A DNA stretch of 64,000 nucleotides from Octopus sinensis. Lineage: Eukaryota. Shown one piece after another: positions 1-14,576 of this stretch (position 1 is its first letter; each line of letters opens with the position of its first letter). The DNA is taken from positions 71,424,001 through 71,488,000 of the forward strand of contig NC_043002.1 of assembly GCF_006345805.1 (NCBI RefSeq), in the 5' to 3' direction. The position numbers were made by a program, and so were the translations under genes. Below the pieces are notes generated by a model that ran no database searches, was not told the DNA's origin, and was given only the letters and a program-made list of their open reading frames with translations.

Positions 1-60
1 TGTCTGTCCTTGTTTGTCCCCTTTGTGTGTAGCCCCTTGTGGGAAGTAGAGAAATAAGAG
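1..60 (+). mobile_element. 3' fragment of CORE-type tRNA-derived SINE
   Basis: Matches the tail 'ttgtctgtccttgtttgtcc...tagccccttgtgggc/tag..agaaatag' of the copies at 52305-52705 and, inverted, at 20068-20295 and 44585-44992. Confidence 0.7.
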
Positions 61-1039
61 GGGATTCTGTGTGGTGCGATAATTGTTCTCTAAGCAGCAA
101 ACTAGAGTGTAAATAAAAGTGAAATGTTTTCTTAGTAGAAACTAATTTAAACATCTATATGGGACTATATGAACCACATTTGTTTTCATACATTTTCTTG
201 GATTTAGCAGAGACTAGCATTAAAGACCCGTCGTTGCCGGGTCATAGTGCTAGTGCATGTATATATGTGTATATATATTACATGTACATCTATATATATA
301 TACATCTACACATAAAATACAAAATACAAAGTTATATCTTGATATCGCTAGTGATAACAATACTCAAAATATATAACAGACTGTAATTGTTAGCCCGTCT
401 CTTGTAATTTCAATGAATTGTATCTTGTCCTCCCTCTTGTATAGAAGTGTGGCTACAATCCAGCCTACCTCTACTTCGGGGGGATGGGGTATTTAAATTT
501 TTTTCTGAGACGTCCTACGTCCCAGATATAAAGGTAAAAATAAAATATTTCCACTTTGCAAGTTCGAGTCGAGTACTCCTTTGCACGCTCCGTTGACTCG
601 AACCTTGCTTCTATTGTGGCGAATTTACCGCCTCTGATTAGATATCTTTCATAGTCACACCAAGACACTTTTCAAAGGTGCTTTCCTCCATGTGTTTAAA
701 TCTTCTTTTTTCTCTACATAGTATACTTCATAGACAATAGTCTTTTCTTTAATTTAATTTTTTATTATCCATCTGGACTATTCAATTTCTGCACGCTAAT
801 TTTATTTTTAATTTATTCCCATTCATGTGAAACCACTTATTCAAGTTCAAGTCATTGATGCAATTTTATACCAATTGCTATTTTTACTTTTGTTATGTTA
901 CGATTATATTATACTTTAGTTTGATTTTAATTATTACTTACTACATATAATTCAATTTTTATTATTATTTTTATTGTTAAAGTGAAAGTATCTGACATAA
1001 AATAGACAAACGTTTTTGTTTCACTTTAACACGTAATAC

Positions 1040-1385
1040 TGAAATAGTGGAGAAGATATGATATTGCTATGGGCTCGCTCTAGGCAAGAAGTTGAACATT
1101 TGTTTGCCCATGAAGCTACATGGACCCTATGTAAAGCATGTATAAAATTTAAATGAAATTGGTTGTGTAGTTCTCAAGTTTTAGGGAATCGTAGTGGAGA
1201 AAATATGATATTGCTGTGGGCTCGCCCTAGGCAAAAAGTTAAAATTGTTTTTGCCAATGACACTCCCCGGACCCTAAGTAAGGCATGTGTAAAATTTGAA
1301 TGAAATTGGTTGTGTAGTTCTCAAGTTTTAGGGAAACACACAGGCAGACAGACAGACACACATTTCAGTTTTATATATATATAAA
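1040..1385 (+). mobile_element. Helentron/HINE (DINE-1-like) non-autonomous element 3' part with two ~147-bp tandem units
   Basis: Unit starting 'tagtggaga.aatatgatattgc' at ~1045 and ~1192; ends 'cagacagacagacacacatttcagttttatatatatataaagat', the usual HINE-type terminus. Confidence 0.55.
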
Positions 1386-1783
1386 GATACGTATATCATT
1401 ATTATTATTATTTTTATTATCATTATTATTATTATTATCACTATTATTTCCATCATTATTATTATTTCTATTTATTATTAACATGCATTATTGAATGTTG
1501 TTTAGTTTCAACTTTTGTCTTGTACTTGAGATAATCATAATTATGTGAGGGTTTAAGAGAATAGTAGGAGCAAGAAAAACAGATTGGTGAATAGATAAAT
1601 TCCACAGGTCTGTAAATAAATTCGGCAGATGGTGAAGAGATCAGCTTTCTTTTCTTTTGAGAAGTTTTGCTGTGGTTTACCGTTTTTTGTAATTGTGCAG
1701 TTGTTGTTTTTTTAAATGCACGATATAAAAATGAAAAAAAAAATAAGGAGGTAAGCACTTGCCAATATATACAAACTGCAGGA

Positions 1784-1836
<53 letters not shown>

Positions 1837-3429
1837 GAAACATATTGTTATTGATATATTATTATAAATATTATAAAGTAGATGGGAAATATGTTTTGGG
1901 ATTGAAGATCTTTTTTTTCTGTAGATGTTAAGAATTTCTTTGAATGCTTAGAACATTTTTGTTGAGATACTAATCACCTTATCTTGGAAATATTTTCCTT
2001 TCCTGCTTTTGATATATTATTTTTTTTTTTGTATCATAATCGTACTTCCATTTAGCTGCTGTTTTTCACAATTTATAGTGAGTTCATCTCGTACAAACTT
2101 TGCTCGCTAGAGTAATTAACTACTTTTATGCGGGTTTTTTTTCATCATTTTATAAACTAAGTAATTTCATTGGCGGGGGGGGGGGTACCGTTACCGTATA
2201 TTATTGAGAATTATTTAGAGATTCTATCTCTCGGTGAAATTATCAACATGAATACCTGTAAAGAAAAGCTAAAGTTAACTGCAGTATGTAAAAAACAAAA
2301 AAAAAGTACAAAAATATTCAATTTGACAAGGAACATGACGAGAACATGTCGTAATGCTATTAAGGTCTTATAATGGTTTTAATTTTTGGCACAGAACCGG
2401 TAGTTTTAGAGGAGACTTTGAAAAACCTCAGTATTTAACTGGTATTTATTATTGACCTTCGAAAGGGTGAAAGGCAGACTGACCTCGGTAGAATTGGTGT
2501 TCAGAAATTAATTAGGCGGAACATAAACGAGGCGTTAATAGATCTGCTAGCTCGCTGTCTTCTTTATGGCTTTATAATAAAACCCATATGTATTTACATA
2601 TACTCGCCAAAGCAGTAAACGTACAGGTTTACGAATATGGCAGTGTCATATACCAATATTTCTCCTCTACAGAAAGATATCAAAATATTATTCAATAACT
2701 AATATTCTTTCTAATTTTGCATCGCATTAATAATTTTTATTAGAATTTTAACTTACCTCCGCATTAAGTATATTAACACTACATTATATTTGCCACGCTG
2801 GTTCCATCTAAATATTTTACAAGATGAAGAAGAATTACTTTATAATAGTTATATTTTGTATAAAGCCATAGTTTTGTTACCTGCATTAGGTTAAATCGGT
2901 TGCATGACGGTAGGTTTGGAGTACAATGTAGACACTTCATTTAACTTATTAATTTATTAATTTAAGGCTATATTTTGTTGCTAAAATGCCAAGTGTACTC
3001 TTAAAAACTGCATGTTCTTTTGATAAGTTTGTATTTTAATATGAGCTTGAAATTTAGTAATACGTTATTATGTTGCTTCCCTTGTGTGTGTCGTTTCTTA
3101 TGAGATACACCAATCCATAAGTACTTTTAGTATCGCTTCTGGTTTCATTCTCATATTTCATTGTATATCAATTAAATTGCTCCTTGTTGAATACATTTTG
3201 CAACTCTTTATCTCTGTCATCATACTGCTTTAGATATCACTACTGAATCCGTGGACACTTTATTGGTTTCTTTCTTGAGTCTCCATGGAATGGAGAATCT
3301 CTATAATAATCTTCTACATCTGAGAAGACAGATGTTTGTATTATTTTATCATTTTAACGCAGTGTTATGGTGTTTTCTATTTCGCCTTGACAAAGTTGAT
3401 ATTCTACTTTCGTATTGAATCACTTCATG

Positions 3430-3614
3430 TTATTCATTAAAATAGTTCGATTGATCCATCAAAGCAACTGTAGCTGAAATACAGTTTAAAATGTTTATAA
3501 TGCATCTCTATAGCACAAATGATATTTGTGACATTAGCACGTTGCAGGTGCTAGTTATGACATACGGACAACTGTAGTATTGAACAAGAATGCAACAGAG
3601 AGATATTCCATATC
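3430..3614 (-). CDS. Candidate last two coding exons of an unidentified minus-strand gene (3614-3566 and 3473-3430)
   Basis: ttccag|GAT..TCC|gtatgt, 92-nt GT-AG intron, tttcag|CT..TAA; the phase-compatible join reads DMEYLSVAFLFNTTVVPTVALMDQSNYFNE*; AATAAA on the minus strand at 3264-3259. No homology recognised. Confidence 0.3.
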
Positions 3615-3959
3615 CTGGAATACAAATAATCTGGTAACAAAGCACCATGATGAATGCAGTGGTGGCAAGGAGCAGATTAAGTTGAGAGTTTTTCATTTAT
3701 CATCTAGCTTTCATGTTCACAAGAGTTTCTATATCAGTTTGTTGATTATGATAATACAAAGCAGTCTCACAAAACAGTATATAAGTAGAAGTAAAAAAAA
3801 AAAACTGAACAGATTTAAAGCACCAGTACATATTTTTGTGACAGATTATGAGTATCTGTTTTGGAACATTATCTATGAAGCCATAATTTTAATCATTTTA
3901 ATTCTTTAAAACTCCAGTCTTTTGAACTAATGTGCATGGGTTCTTTAATCCTGCGTGTT

Positions 3960-4262
3960 GTTATTTGTTTCTTTTCGAGCCACGTCTGACTCATAAGGGC
4001 CGGTTTTCCGATTTCCTTGGCATAGGTTCCCCACCTGGACGGGATGCCGTTCTGATGCAGGTGAGCTGCATGATGCAGGAGGAAAGAGTGAGAGTAAGTT
4101 GTGGCGAAGCGTCAGCAGAAGTTCGCCATTACCTTCTGCCGGAGCCGCGTGGAGATTAGGTGTTTCGCTCATAAACACAAACATCGCCCGGTCTGAGATT
4201 CGAACCTGCGATCCCTCGATTGCGAGTCCGCTGCTCTAACCATTAGGCCATGTACCTCCACA
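3960..4262 (-). mobile_element. tRNA-derived SINE
   Basis: Minus-strand head gtggaggtacatggcctaatggttagagcagcggactcg...ggttcgaatctc (A and B boxes); same family as 56135-56432. Confidence 0.8.
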
Positions 4263-5964
4263 ATCCTGAGTGTAGTTATGCTTATTGAAAAAATGTATAT
4301 TTATTTTCACTAATGTATAACTATTTTGTTTAGTTTTGTTTTTTTTAAATAATGTTAATTATAACTATTTTCGGATAATGTTTTTGTAGCCTGTTCTACA
4401 TAGCATGTGGAGTGATTTGAATCAATCGAGTTTTACAGTAGTTTCCGATATGGTGTCACGTGTTTATAGGTATGTGTGCGATGTTACCGTGCCAGGAGCA
4501 GAGACAATTTCTTGATGCATAATCCTGTTAATGCAATTTTGCTTAAAGAAAGAAATATCGCGTGTGCGTGTGTATATGTTTGTTAGCTTGCGTACATGTA
4601 TGAACGTGCATGAGAGTATAGGTGTGAGTGTTTGTGTGTTTCTTGTGTTAGGCTGATGTAGTTTGGAATTTTCTTTTACGTGTCTGGTTCTAAAATCTTA
4701 GCAAATTTCTATTCTTCAAACTGAAGCTCGCGCTTAAGGCCGTCACATGTAATGCCTGTATTGCTTCTACTTGATATTTCTTTTAGCTAATTTCATTATC
4801 GTCTGTCCGATATATCCCTTTTGAATTAACACTATGATTTTGGCATGTTGCATTAATTCGATTTTGTTAATCCCCAGGTATTTGGAAATTTCTTTTCTTC
4901 CCATTTCTTTTCCTCTGTGATTGATTTAGTCGAAAGCTACTATTTCCTAAGCAGTTCTTTGTTTCTACACCAGCCAGTGTAAATCGTTACGACTTTACAA
5001 TTTCAGAAAATCTTCGTTTCGCTCATGAGTGAAGATACCCAAATTATAGTCAAATTTTATCCACTTGCCAAAGTATTAAACCTAATTATCTTTATCTAAT
5101 TTGGTTTTAATGATTCCAGCATACGATACTTTAAAATGATGATCCTGACTCGATTCGAGATGTGCTTGGTTCATTTTTTAGGCCTAAAGTTAACAATGAT
5201 TGCAGATCTGTAAATTTCACCAGCTTAATTGAAAATTCATTTGTTTCAACTGTAACTTTAATTTTAAGCTTTAAAATTATATTAGTTTCATGGGATTGAT
5301 TTCTAGAGAATAATTGTTTTGGATCGCATGTTTTACTCTAATATATTTTCTCGTATTTTCTTTCTGTCTAAGATTTTAAACGTTTGTCGGAGATTTCAAT
5401 AACATGGCCTTTACTTTAAAAAAAAGCGACAACTAGATATGATAGACGTCGATTTATTTGTATCATGGCTTTTAGGTAGAAACATATATTAGCTTCTACA
5501 GTAAGGTAAGAGTTATGATTTATAGAGTTTCAAACGTCCGAAAAATTGAGGTTATTCGAGCGATTACTAAGCGAATAAAATTCATGCAGCAGTTTAAGAT
5601 CGAAAAGGGTCAGTCAAGGCTGATAACTGCGATACATCTTTCTCCTATAGACACCAGGCCTGGAATATGATGTGGAGGTGGTAGCCCATTACATCGACGT
5701 CGTTTTAGCACTGGTGTTGTTGAAATAGCCCAAGGGTATGTAATACATATTAAATACAAAAGTGGTAAGTCTTTACATTTGTATAATATCATGCTGTAAT
5801 TTCTTACGCTCAAGCTTCCTTTTCAGAAGGAAGGGAGATAAATTGACTAAGATCAGTTCATCGAATTTTTAAACAGTATTAGTTATGAAGATCGAAGTGG
5901 ATCCGTTCTTTGAATCTACTGACAGCGCATTATATTCTACACATTCAGCTAAACTAAGAGTGAG

Positions 5965-6023
5965 CTATATAATATATATATATATATGTATACATACATA
6001 TATATAAATACATGCACACATGC

Positions 6024-6109
<86 letters not shown>

Positions 6110-6126
6110 GCACACATGCATATATG

Positions 6127-6158
<32 letters not shown>

Positions 6159-6210
6159 TGTATGTATGTATGTATGTATGTATGTATGTATGTATGTATG
6201 TATGTATGTA
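5965..6210. repeat. Compound (TA)n/(TATG)n microsatellite
   Basis: Directly visible. Confidence 0.95.
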
Positions 6211-6650
6211 GTGTTTACGGTATTTGAACGTTTGAAAATACGGTCTTCATCTTACTTATTTCGTTGCGTACCACTCATAATGTGGGGTTATTTTACATCT
6301 AATATTGCTTAAATGGTGATGATATGAACCGAATGACCGGATTGAAAAATATGTAGGATTCTTTTCTGTTTATTTTTTTTAAGTATTTTTTTTTTGTTGA
6401 TTCTGTTCCTTTAAATCTCAAATCTTATGCGCAGTACTTTTTTTCATCGTGATACAAGTAAAATTAACTAAGTGTCCACTATATTTCTCCTCCATTTTCT
6501 TATATATTATATAATATATTATATAAATTTTACATATTATTGAACAGTTGCTCCATATATATATTGCGGAACTTTCTCTCAATATATTTGATAACACCAG
6601 CTGACATCCGGATTTTAAGACAAATATCCCCTACAACGAAATTACATCCT

Positions 6651-6701
<51 letters not shown>

Positions 6702-7309
6702 ATGTTATATATATATATATGTATGTATGTGAGATAATAGGTACCTCTAATGCGTTTGGTACGCAATATTTTCTATATTTTGATTTACCAGTGTAACCAA
6801 TGATTTTATTCTACCCTATTTAATCACGTCAGTTATATTTTATTGTTGCATCAATTGTGAAAGAAATAATGATGGATTTGACCAAGATCTCCTGCATCAA
6901 CAATATTCTTCATTACCTCTATAAATGCCAAGCGTTTTCAAGCAATCTTTAATTGGGGATCCTGTCATATATTTTTTAATCAATTTATCATAGAAAGTCA
7001 TATAAAGTGACTTCTATAAAATCTGTAGCTTGAAAAACAGGTTTGATTAATTATCAGTCAATTTGCAGGGAGGCGCAACTCTTTGCCATACATTGTTGAC
7101 TTGGTGCCTAATTGAGAAATATGCGTATAATATGCTGCAAAATCCAGAAATCAACGCATGTCTTACTCAAACCATTCTGTTGTCCAGCAATCTGTAGTTA
7201 TACACTCGTTGATGAATGATTGATCTTTTCAACCATTTGAATCTTATATGCAACCCTTCTGCTCTGCTGAAAATACTTTCTATTAAATAGCTGTTCTTGT
7301 TCTTTTTGT

Positions 7310-7546
7310 TCTCTTACTTATTTCAGTCATTTGACTGCGGTCATGCTGGAGCACCACCGCCCTTATCGAGCACATTAGCCCCAGAGCTTATTCTTTGTAA
7401 GCTTAGTACTTATTCTATCGGTCTCTTTTGCCGAACCACTAAGTTACGGGCACATAAACACACCAGCATCGGTTATCAAGCGACGTTGGGGGGACAACCA
7501 CAGACACACAAGTACACACACACACATACAAGCTTATATGTATATA

Positions 7547-7579
<33 letters not shown>

Positions 7580-7735
7580 GGCGGGCTTCTTCCAGTTTCC
7601 GTCTACCAAATCCACTCACAAGGCTTTGGTCGGCCTGAAGCTATAGTAGAAGACACTTGCCCAAGATGCAACGCGGTGGGACTGAACCCGTGACCATGTG
7701 GTCGGTAAGCAAGCTACATACCACACAGCCACACT
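7310..7735 (-). mobile_element. Abundant tRNA-derived SINE with internal (CA)/(TA) microsatellite
   Basis: Head on minus (gtggctgtgtggtatgtagcttgcttaccgacc...ggttcagtcccac) and body 'ttcagtcatttgactgcggtcatgctggagcacc'; other copies at 10226, 14577, 39320, 39560, 43480, 49255. Confidence 0.85.
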
Positions 7736-8804
7736 ACTCCTGTTGACCCTCTGCGACATTATTGGAGTTAAGTTTTGCAGTTGTTTTCAATTTGTAGTAA
7801 CGTATTGTACAATTTTGTATTTTCTTAAGACTTGTTTTTTCGTTAATTTGGGGGATGATTAAGATGTTATTCCACGAGATAAACAGTCACCTAGTTTTTA
7901 CCGCTCGTCAGTAACATTCTAACCATCTCTGCTGTGAAATTTTGAGCTATCTTCCTGTCTGCCTCTATGTAAATGTGTGTGTCTGTATACAAATATGAAA
8001 AGACAGACAGTAAACAGACAGAGACGGGTGGATGGATGACTAGTTAGATTGGTATAGATATTTACATTATTATCTGTACTGTGTTGCTTCTGCTATGATT
8101 ACCTACAATTTTTAAAATAGGGGTTTGTGCAAAATAGGTAAGTGTGGTAAATGAGTAATGACTAGTTTCAGTAATTTCACTTTTTTTCTTTTTTAAAAGC
8201 CTGATGAGTAAATATATCAAGAAGAGAACCACTCCAGCAGAGCGGGAAGTTAAGCAGAATATTTATGTTTAAGTTTTGTATTTAGTCTACTTTCGTTAAT
8301 TTTATATTATGTTCCATGATCCTCTTTTATTTAACCTAGATATTTTAAATTTTTGTTGCATTTCTGACATTACTGATGTATAAAGATGGAGATTGATTTG
8401 TATAATCCCTGTTTTTCCAAACGCAATTCTGGAGTATTTAAGTGGCAAATTTACTTTACTTTGTCTTAATCATTTTGCCCCAAATAAATTTCTCTTCTTT
8501 TTTTTTTCCTTAATACTGTAAGAGAACGGAGTTTTTCTGGAAGAGAGTTCTGAATATGTTGTGGTGATTTTAATGTATTTAGCGAAGGCCAGTTGCTAAG
8601 TTGATTGAGGCTTTCGTTAGGTAGTAAACAAATATTGTCACAAATATTTTTTTCAAAACCAAAAATGCAATGAATATTACTCAGTATACACCGCCAATAC
8701 CTTACTGTCTTCCCTGTTTTGACCAATCATTTCTGCCGTGATTCCTTCGCTGCAATTACTGAACTTGCTCTTGGTGCTGTATTGACATCTATTTTACTTA
8801 TACT

Positions 8805-8910
8805 AGATTCTAGATACAACTATGTTGGATGAATATCATGCTACAACTAGATTTTGGATGAAAATCACGCTACACCTAGATACAACTATTTTGGATGAAA
8901 ATCATGCTAT
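8805..8910. repeat. Short degenerate minisatellite (about 3 copies of 'ttggatgaa.atca.gcta')
   Basis: Motif recurs at ~8826, ~8854 and ~8891. Confidence 0.7.
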
Positions 8911-9279
8911 TGTGTTCAGAATATCGTTGGCGTTTTTGATAAAGATTCTTTGCAATTTGGCAGGGAACACTCATAGTAAGTATTCTTTCATTTCCTGTAC
9001 ATCTTGCTTCTCAATATTTTTCTGTAGTATTTATTTCCTATTTCAGTTATGTTGCATTATTGATTTCGTTAAGGATTAAATATTTCTTTTTCTTATTATC
9101 TATACTATTTCCTCGTTTTTTTTCTATGTTGTATGCTTAAGCGTTGACATTCATATTTATAGAATACTCAGTTTTCTTTCCAACCACTAAAGCAGCTGCG
9201 TACATTATTTCAATTAACCAGGTATTATTGATGAGTATATCTTTTTTATTAAGATTGCGATGGTCGTTATGCTTATATA

Positions 9280-9420
9280 TACCGGAGTAAACACATAAAT
9301 GTGAAACAAGGTGGAAAAAAGAGTACTCAAATACCAGGGGTAGAGTAATATGCTTTATTTAAAAGCAGCAGAAATTCAACAAAACCTGTTACTCGGAGTT
9401 TCTGCTGCTTTTAAATAAAG

Positions 9421-9422
<2 letters not shown>
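9280..9422. mobile_element. Collapsed foldback element, probably a PLE pseudo-LTR derivative
   Basis: Perfect 22-bp arms ctttatttaaaagcagcagaaa (9353-9374) and tttctgctgcttttaaataaag (9399-9420) with a 24-nt spacer. Confidence 0.55.
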
Positions 9423-9570
<148 letters not shown>

Positions 9571-10175
9571 CATTGACACGCTTATTTATACCAAAGCAAA
9601 CGTATACAAATACTTGCATATGCTCACAAAATTATTTATATTTTGATGAATGAGAAACGAACAGAAATAATGAAGTCAGTTTCATTAGATTAGTCAACTG
9701 TTAGTCGCAGTGCACTGAAAGCTATATCTTTGTGGGAACCATGAAGATATATATCATGTTAACTATGTGGTTCTGAGAGATCCAACGATGGACCTTTACA
9801 CGCTGGATCATGGTATTCAAATGTTTTCATAGGAGGACTAGTATTTCCTCTTGATACAGAATGTATTTATTCGTATTGTTTAAGTAGAAGGTCTAAAACA
9901 TGGTGCACATTGAAATGCTTAATCGATATCTATACTATGAAATCGAATAGGCGCAACAAAGTTGAAAATGAAATTGATCGGATTTTGTCTCTTGTACACA
10001 ACAGTATTTCTATACGGTTTAGTTTCACAATTATTTTTACAAAATATCTATAACCTCTTATAAATTGTATATCTACGATGATGTACTTCGTCTACACTAC
10101 TCATTTCGGGGCCACACATTCACACTTACAAACACATGAGCCTACGGCCACACACACACACACATACACACACAC

Positions 10176-10226
<51 letters not shown>

Positions 10227-12521
10227 GTCGAACAAATCGACTCCAGAACTTATTCTTTGTAAGCCTATTACTTATTCAATCGTCCCCTTTTACCGAACCG
10301 CTAAGTTACGGCGACCTAAACACATTAGCATTGGTTGTCAAGCGATGGTGGGGGGGACAAACACAGACACACACACACTCACAGACACACGCATTTATAT
10401 ATATAAAGAGAGAGGGGTATAGACAGATAGACAGATGGAAAGAAAGAGAGAGTGAGAGACTACACTAGATTAGATTATATCATACATATATACATATATT
10501 AAGCAAATGCCAGACGCTGTTAATCATTCTGTCACGAAATATTTGGTGGTGAAGTGGGATATTTTTATGTGTAATGATCTGAAAGGGAAAAACATTCCTA
10601 AATCTGACAGTTTTTGTAGTTAACACTGACCACTTGAACCACATGTAAATACAGTCATATGCAACTGAAAATGTTCAAGGAAACCCAAATAGATACGAGA
10701 ATTACATTTTCACCTGAAGTTTATATTATTGTACTTTATTTACTAAAACATAATTTTACTATAAATATTGAGTATCACATTTTTCGGTATGGCAAATGTC
10801 ATCTGTTGATGTAACCAGTTTAAAATTTAAAAGTCACGGTGCCATCAATATTCTTACAAGACTGAAAGTTATCTTTCTTTAGATAGATCTCAAAACCCGC
10901 AACCGAAACTACACCTACAGATTCCAGATGAATCTTTGTATTTTCTTCAGGAACCTAGGTGTCAAAGAAGATAAAATTAGCTCTGTCAAATTCAGGTTAT
11001 ATTCCGGCAGTATTACAAACTAACGTTTTTCGATCATTTATCAGTGGAAATAAATAAATCAGCCAAAATATACCTTCGCCTCTGCAAAGCTTGTGTGGGA
11101 TTGCTGTTTTTCTGTGACTCCGAAATGCCAAATGTATTTTTAGATACATTCTTGTTGCTCCCTGGTCAGAACAAATAAGTGTAATATGCGTACGAAATTT
11201 TTAAAGTGTTCTCGGTTGAATAGATATTAAATACAAACTATGTCTTCTGCGATCATAGGGTTTTTATTTAGCCTAAATACTTCTAGTTATTTGCATTCTA
11301 TAGTTGTGTGTTTAGCCTTGACATACGTATGGAAGATTTAGTAATGTTTCGAGGGAAGTAGTAAATGGCCTATTTGTTAAATATTTCCCTTATGCGCTTG
11401 CTAACGTTGCCTGTAATGCTCCAGATTATCTCGGTCGTTTGGCTGGAGTTATGTTCACATAATGATAGCCTCAATGGACTAGAATCCACATATGTAATTT
11501 ACGGTTGAAATATGACAAAATCGACAATATGGAAATGCAAGTTACACAATTATGTAGTATTTCAATAACAAAGACAAATCCAGGTGTGGATTCACACTAG
11601 GTCTTGAAGAATGCTTCCCATCCACTTCTAAACTCATTTACATGGACGGTTTTTTAAGTTTTAGACAAAAATATTTTTTTATATCTAATACAATGTATGG
11701 CCAAATGAATGCCAGGAATAGTTACAGGGTATACATGTTCAGATTTGGTTAGTTTATATACTTTTCGCACTGAGTGAAGCATATAACAGCTATCACAATT
11801 GAACTACATAGACAATAGTGCAACCGCATCCTGAAACAGCAAATAATATGACTTGGGAAAGCTCAAAAATAATTCTTTAGTATTTTTTATAAGTTCCATT
11901 CAAAATTACATTCAACGTAAACGGATATAATAAATTATTTAGAGGCAACATAAATACCGGGCATGCAATTAAGGCAAGGATAAAATAATATAGATTTAAA
12001 ATAGAAACTCCAACTGCCTGCCGACGATACATTCATATGCTACAGACGTTCCAACGGTTGGTAATCTTAGGAAAGCCTATATTTTTTCTAAACATCCTTT
12101 TTGAAATGCATTATGTTATTTTTCACAGTTCAGTACATCTGTCAATTGCAATTAGATGTCTGATGAAATGGTCCGGTTTGTACTACAATTATATACTACC
12201 TTACTGAGCAAATAAATGCTCGTACTATGGAAAACACACTATATATCATTCTTATATTCTTATTACGATAGTTAAAACGCGATAAATTTATAGTGTATTT
12301 TTCCTACATACAGTGGATTTATAGAATGCTTAATATAAAATAGCTGTTAATCTTTCGTTTATTTGTTTGATTGATTGTATGATAGATTGTCAGTATCATC
12401 GTTGTTCGTAAGCCAACTACATGCTGGAATGCTGGTGCGTCAATTGCTTGGATAACATAGATCCTTATTTGATACGAACAGATACGCGCGCGCATACACC
12501 GACACCTGCGCACGAATGCCC

Positions 12522-12600
<79 letters not shown>

Positions 12601-12684
12601 GCTGCACACAAAACTGCGCATCTGTGTGTTTATGCTTTTGATAACAGAAGACCACGCACTTAATACATAAATATATATATATAC

Positions 12685-12719
<35 letters not shown>

Positions 12720-12721
12720 CT

Positions 12722-13046
12722 GAGACCCCTTCGGTCATGAATAACCATGGGATTGCACCTAGAAAGTTACCCTCCCAGGCATAAGTCCGGGCAAGGTTGA
12801 TTATGGAAGACCAGCAGTCACCCATGCATACCAGCCTCCCCTCTCCACGCCACCAGTGTTATCCAAGGGAAAGGTAAAGGCCGATACAGCTTGGCACCAA
12901 TGACGTCGCAACTCATTTCTACAGCTGAGTGAACTGGAACAACGTGAAATAAAGTGTCTTGCTCAAGAACACACCACGCAGCATGGTCCGGGATTCGAAC
13001 TCACAACCTCGTGATCGCAAGCTCGACGCTCAAATGACTAAGCCAC
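12722..13046 (-). mobile_element. tRNA-derived SINE with Nin-like central domain
   Basis: Minus head gtggcttagtcatttgagcgtcgagc...gagttcgaatccc; central 'ggtatgcatgggtgactgctggtcttccataatcaaccttgcccggact...ctttctaggtgcaatcccatgg'. Confidence 0.75.
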
Positions 13047-13089
13047 ATATATAAAATTTTAATAAACATTTTCATATACATAATTAATA

Positions 13090-13132
13090 GCTATAATGGT
13101 AATAATGATAATAATAATAATAATAATAATTA

Positions 13133-13193
<61 letters not shown>

Positions 13194-13213
13194 TAGAATA
13201 ATAATAATAATTA

Positions 13214-13270
<57 letters not shown>

Positions 13271-13299
13271 TAATAATAATAAGAGTAATAATAGTAGTA

Positions 13300-13352
<53 letters not shown>
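13090..13352. repeat. Long (AAT)n microsatellite
   Basis: Directly visible; explains the poly-Ile/Tyr ORFs. Confidence 0.95.
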
Positions 13353-14576
13353 GGTGCATATATAGAACATAAGAACAGAATTCAATTCATAAGATTATAT
13401 ATAATATAACCTAACATAACTTTAAAACAGTAAGTTAGAAAAATTAAAATACAAGTGGCATCTTCTATGAATTAACTGCGTAGTCCCAACTACCTAATAA
13501 TTATTCATTACTACTATTAATAGCCTTCTATGTATCTCAAATAATTTTAAACCAAACACGTTTATGTCGAATACCATCTTTCGCTATTATAATAACATAC
13601 AACAATAAATATGTATGTATATAATTAAGTATGAGGGTCTTACGTAATCTAGACACTGTAGTAAAATGTGTAAAAATTATAAATGATACTTATATTTTTA
13701 ATATATATTAACTCTTTCTATTTATCTAAAGTTATCTATATATAAAAGATTGTTTAAAATAACTAAAAGAAAATGTTTTTTATTTATTGGTTATCGGAAG
13801 GAGAATTACATAATGAAATATGAATAAAAACCTACCAAAAAATTGTTTACTTAATTTATCGTAGGGAGAATTCCGTAATAATGAAGATAGATTTAGAATT
13901 ACAAACACTATAACCTAAAATACCCCATAGATATAGTTTTGGGTTATAATAGTGGATATCAAAATATTACTAGGATTTTAGAAGTAATCAGATTTGAAGA
14001 TAATTAAATAAGGATTATTGTTCGTATGTTATGTAACGGAGAACTCAGTAAATAAAAATTAAGTAATATAAACAAAAACAGTATTAGTATTTTTAATTAA
14101 ATGACCATATATAGTATATATCCAAATTTTATTAATTCTTTCATAAATAACAACATATTGTTGCAATAAGAATACAAGTTATAAACTATACAATACCATA
14201 ATAATAAATATTGTGGTTATTAAATTTAGTTAGTAATTTAAATAAAACTATTTATTTATTTTTCTCATTATTATCATTCTTGTTATAATTATCATCAGTC
14301 AATTAATGAATGCCTTTATACGCATAGTTATTTAGGATTATGAAGACATCTTATTTGGCAATCTGTATTTAATATTAAATTACTAATGATGTATTTTACA
14401 GTAACTACAAGAATATGCACTAAAAAGATTCAAAATTCCGAATTAATTACCTGGAAGTTAATCTGAACCTTGTTACTGGTATCATAAACCCAACAATAAT
14501 TTAGAATATATTAACTTTCATAGTAACCATCCTAATTTCAAAGTAATCTTCACATTATATGCGTAATATATTTTCC

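Noticed and set aside
430-700. ORF 471-668 and neighbouring frames, GC-richer than the flanks
   Set aside because: Probably a repeat fragment, but no recognisable domain motif, so no call is supportable.
5651-5735. AG/GT-bounded plus-strand stretch reading TPGLEYDVEVVA, resembling a fibronectin type III strand
   Set aside because: All three frames hit a stop before the donor; no other FN3 motifs nearby.
5986-6312. Many 60-170 aa ORFs rich in YI/VC/MYV/HT/LSIY/poly-I/poly-T (also at 12319, 13059, 18516, 29777, 38150, 50583-51056, 55391, 63209-63848)
   Set aside because: They are translations of di-, tri- and tetranucleotide microsatellites, not genes.
7167-7266. Minus-strand segment with good acceptor (tttcag) and donor (gtaaga)
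   Set aside because: No frame stays open; the best frame ends in TGA directly before the GT.
8466-8790. Minus ORF with LRR-like spacing (LPNESLNQLSNWPSLNTL) and an 'ITAEMI' LINE-like motif in another frame
   Set aside because: No complete LxxLxLxxN consensus or splice support; the motifs are too short.
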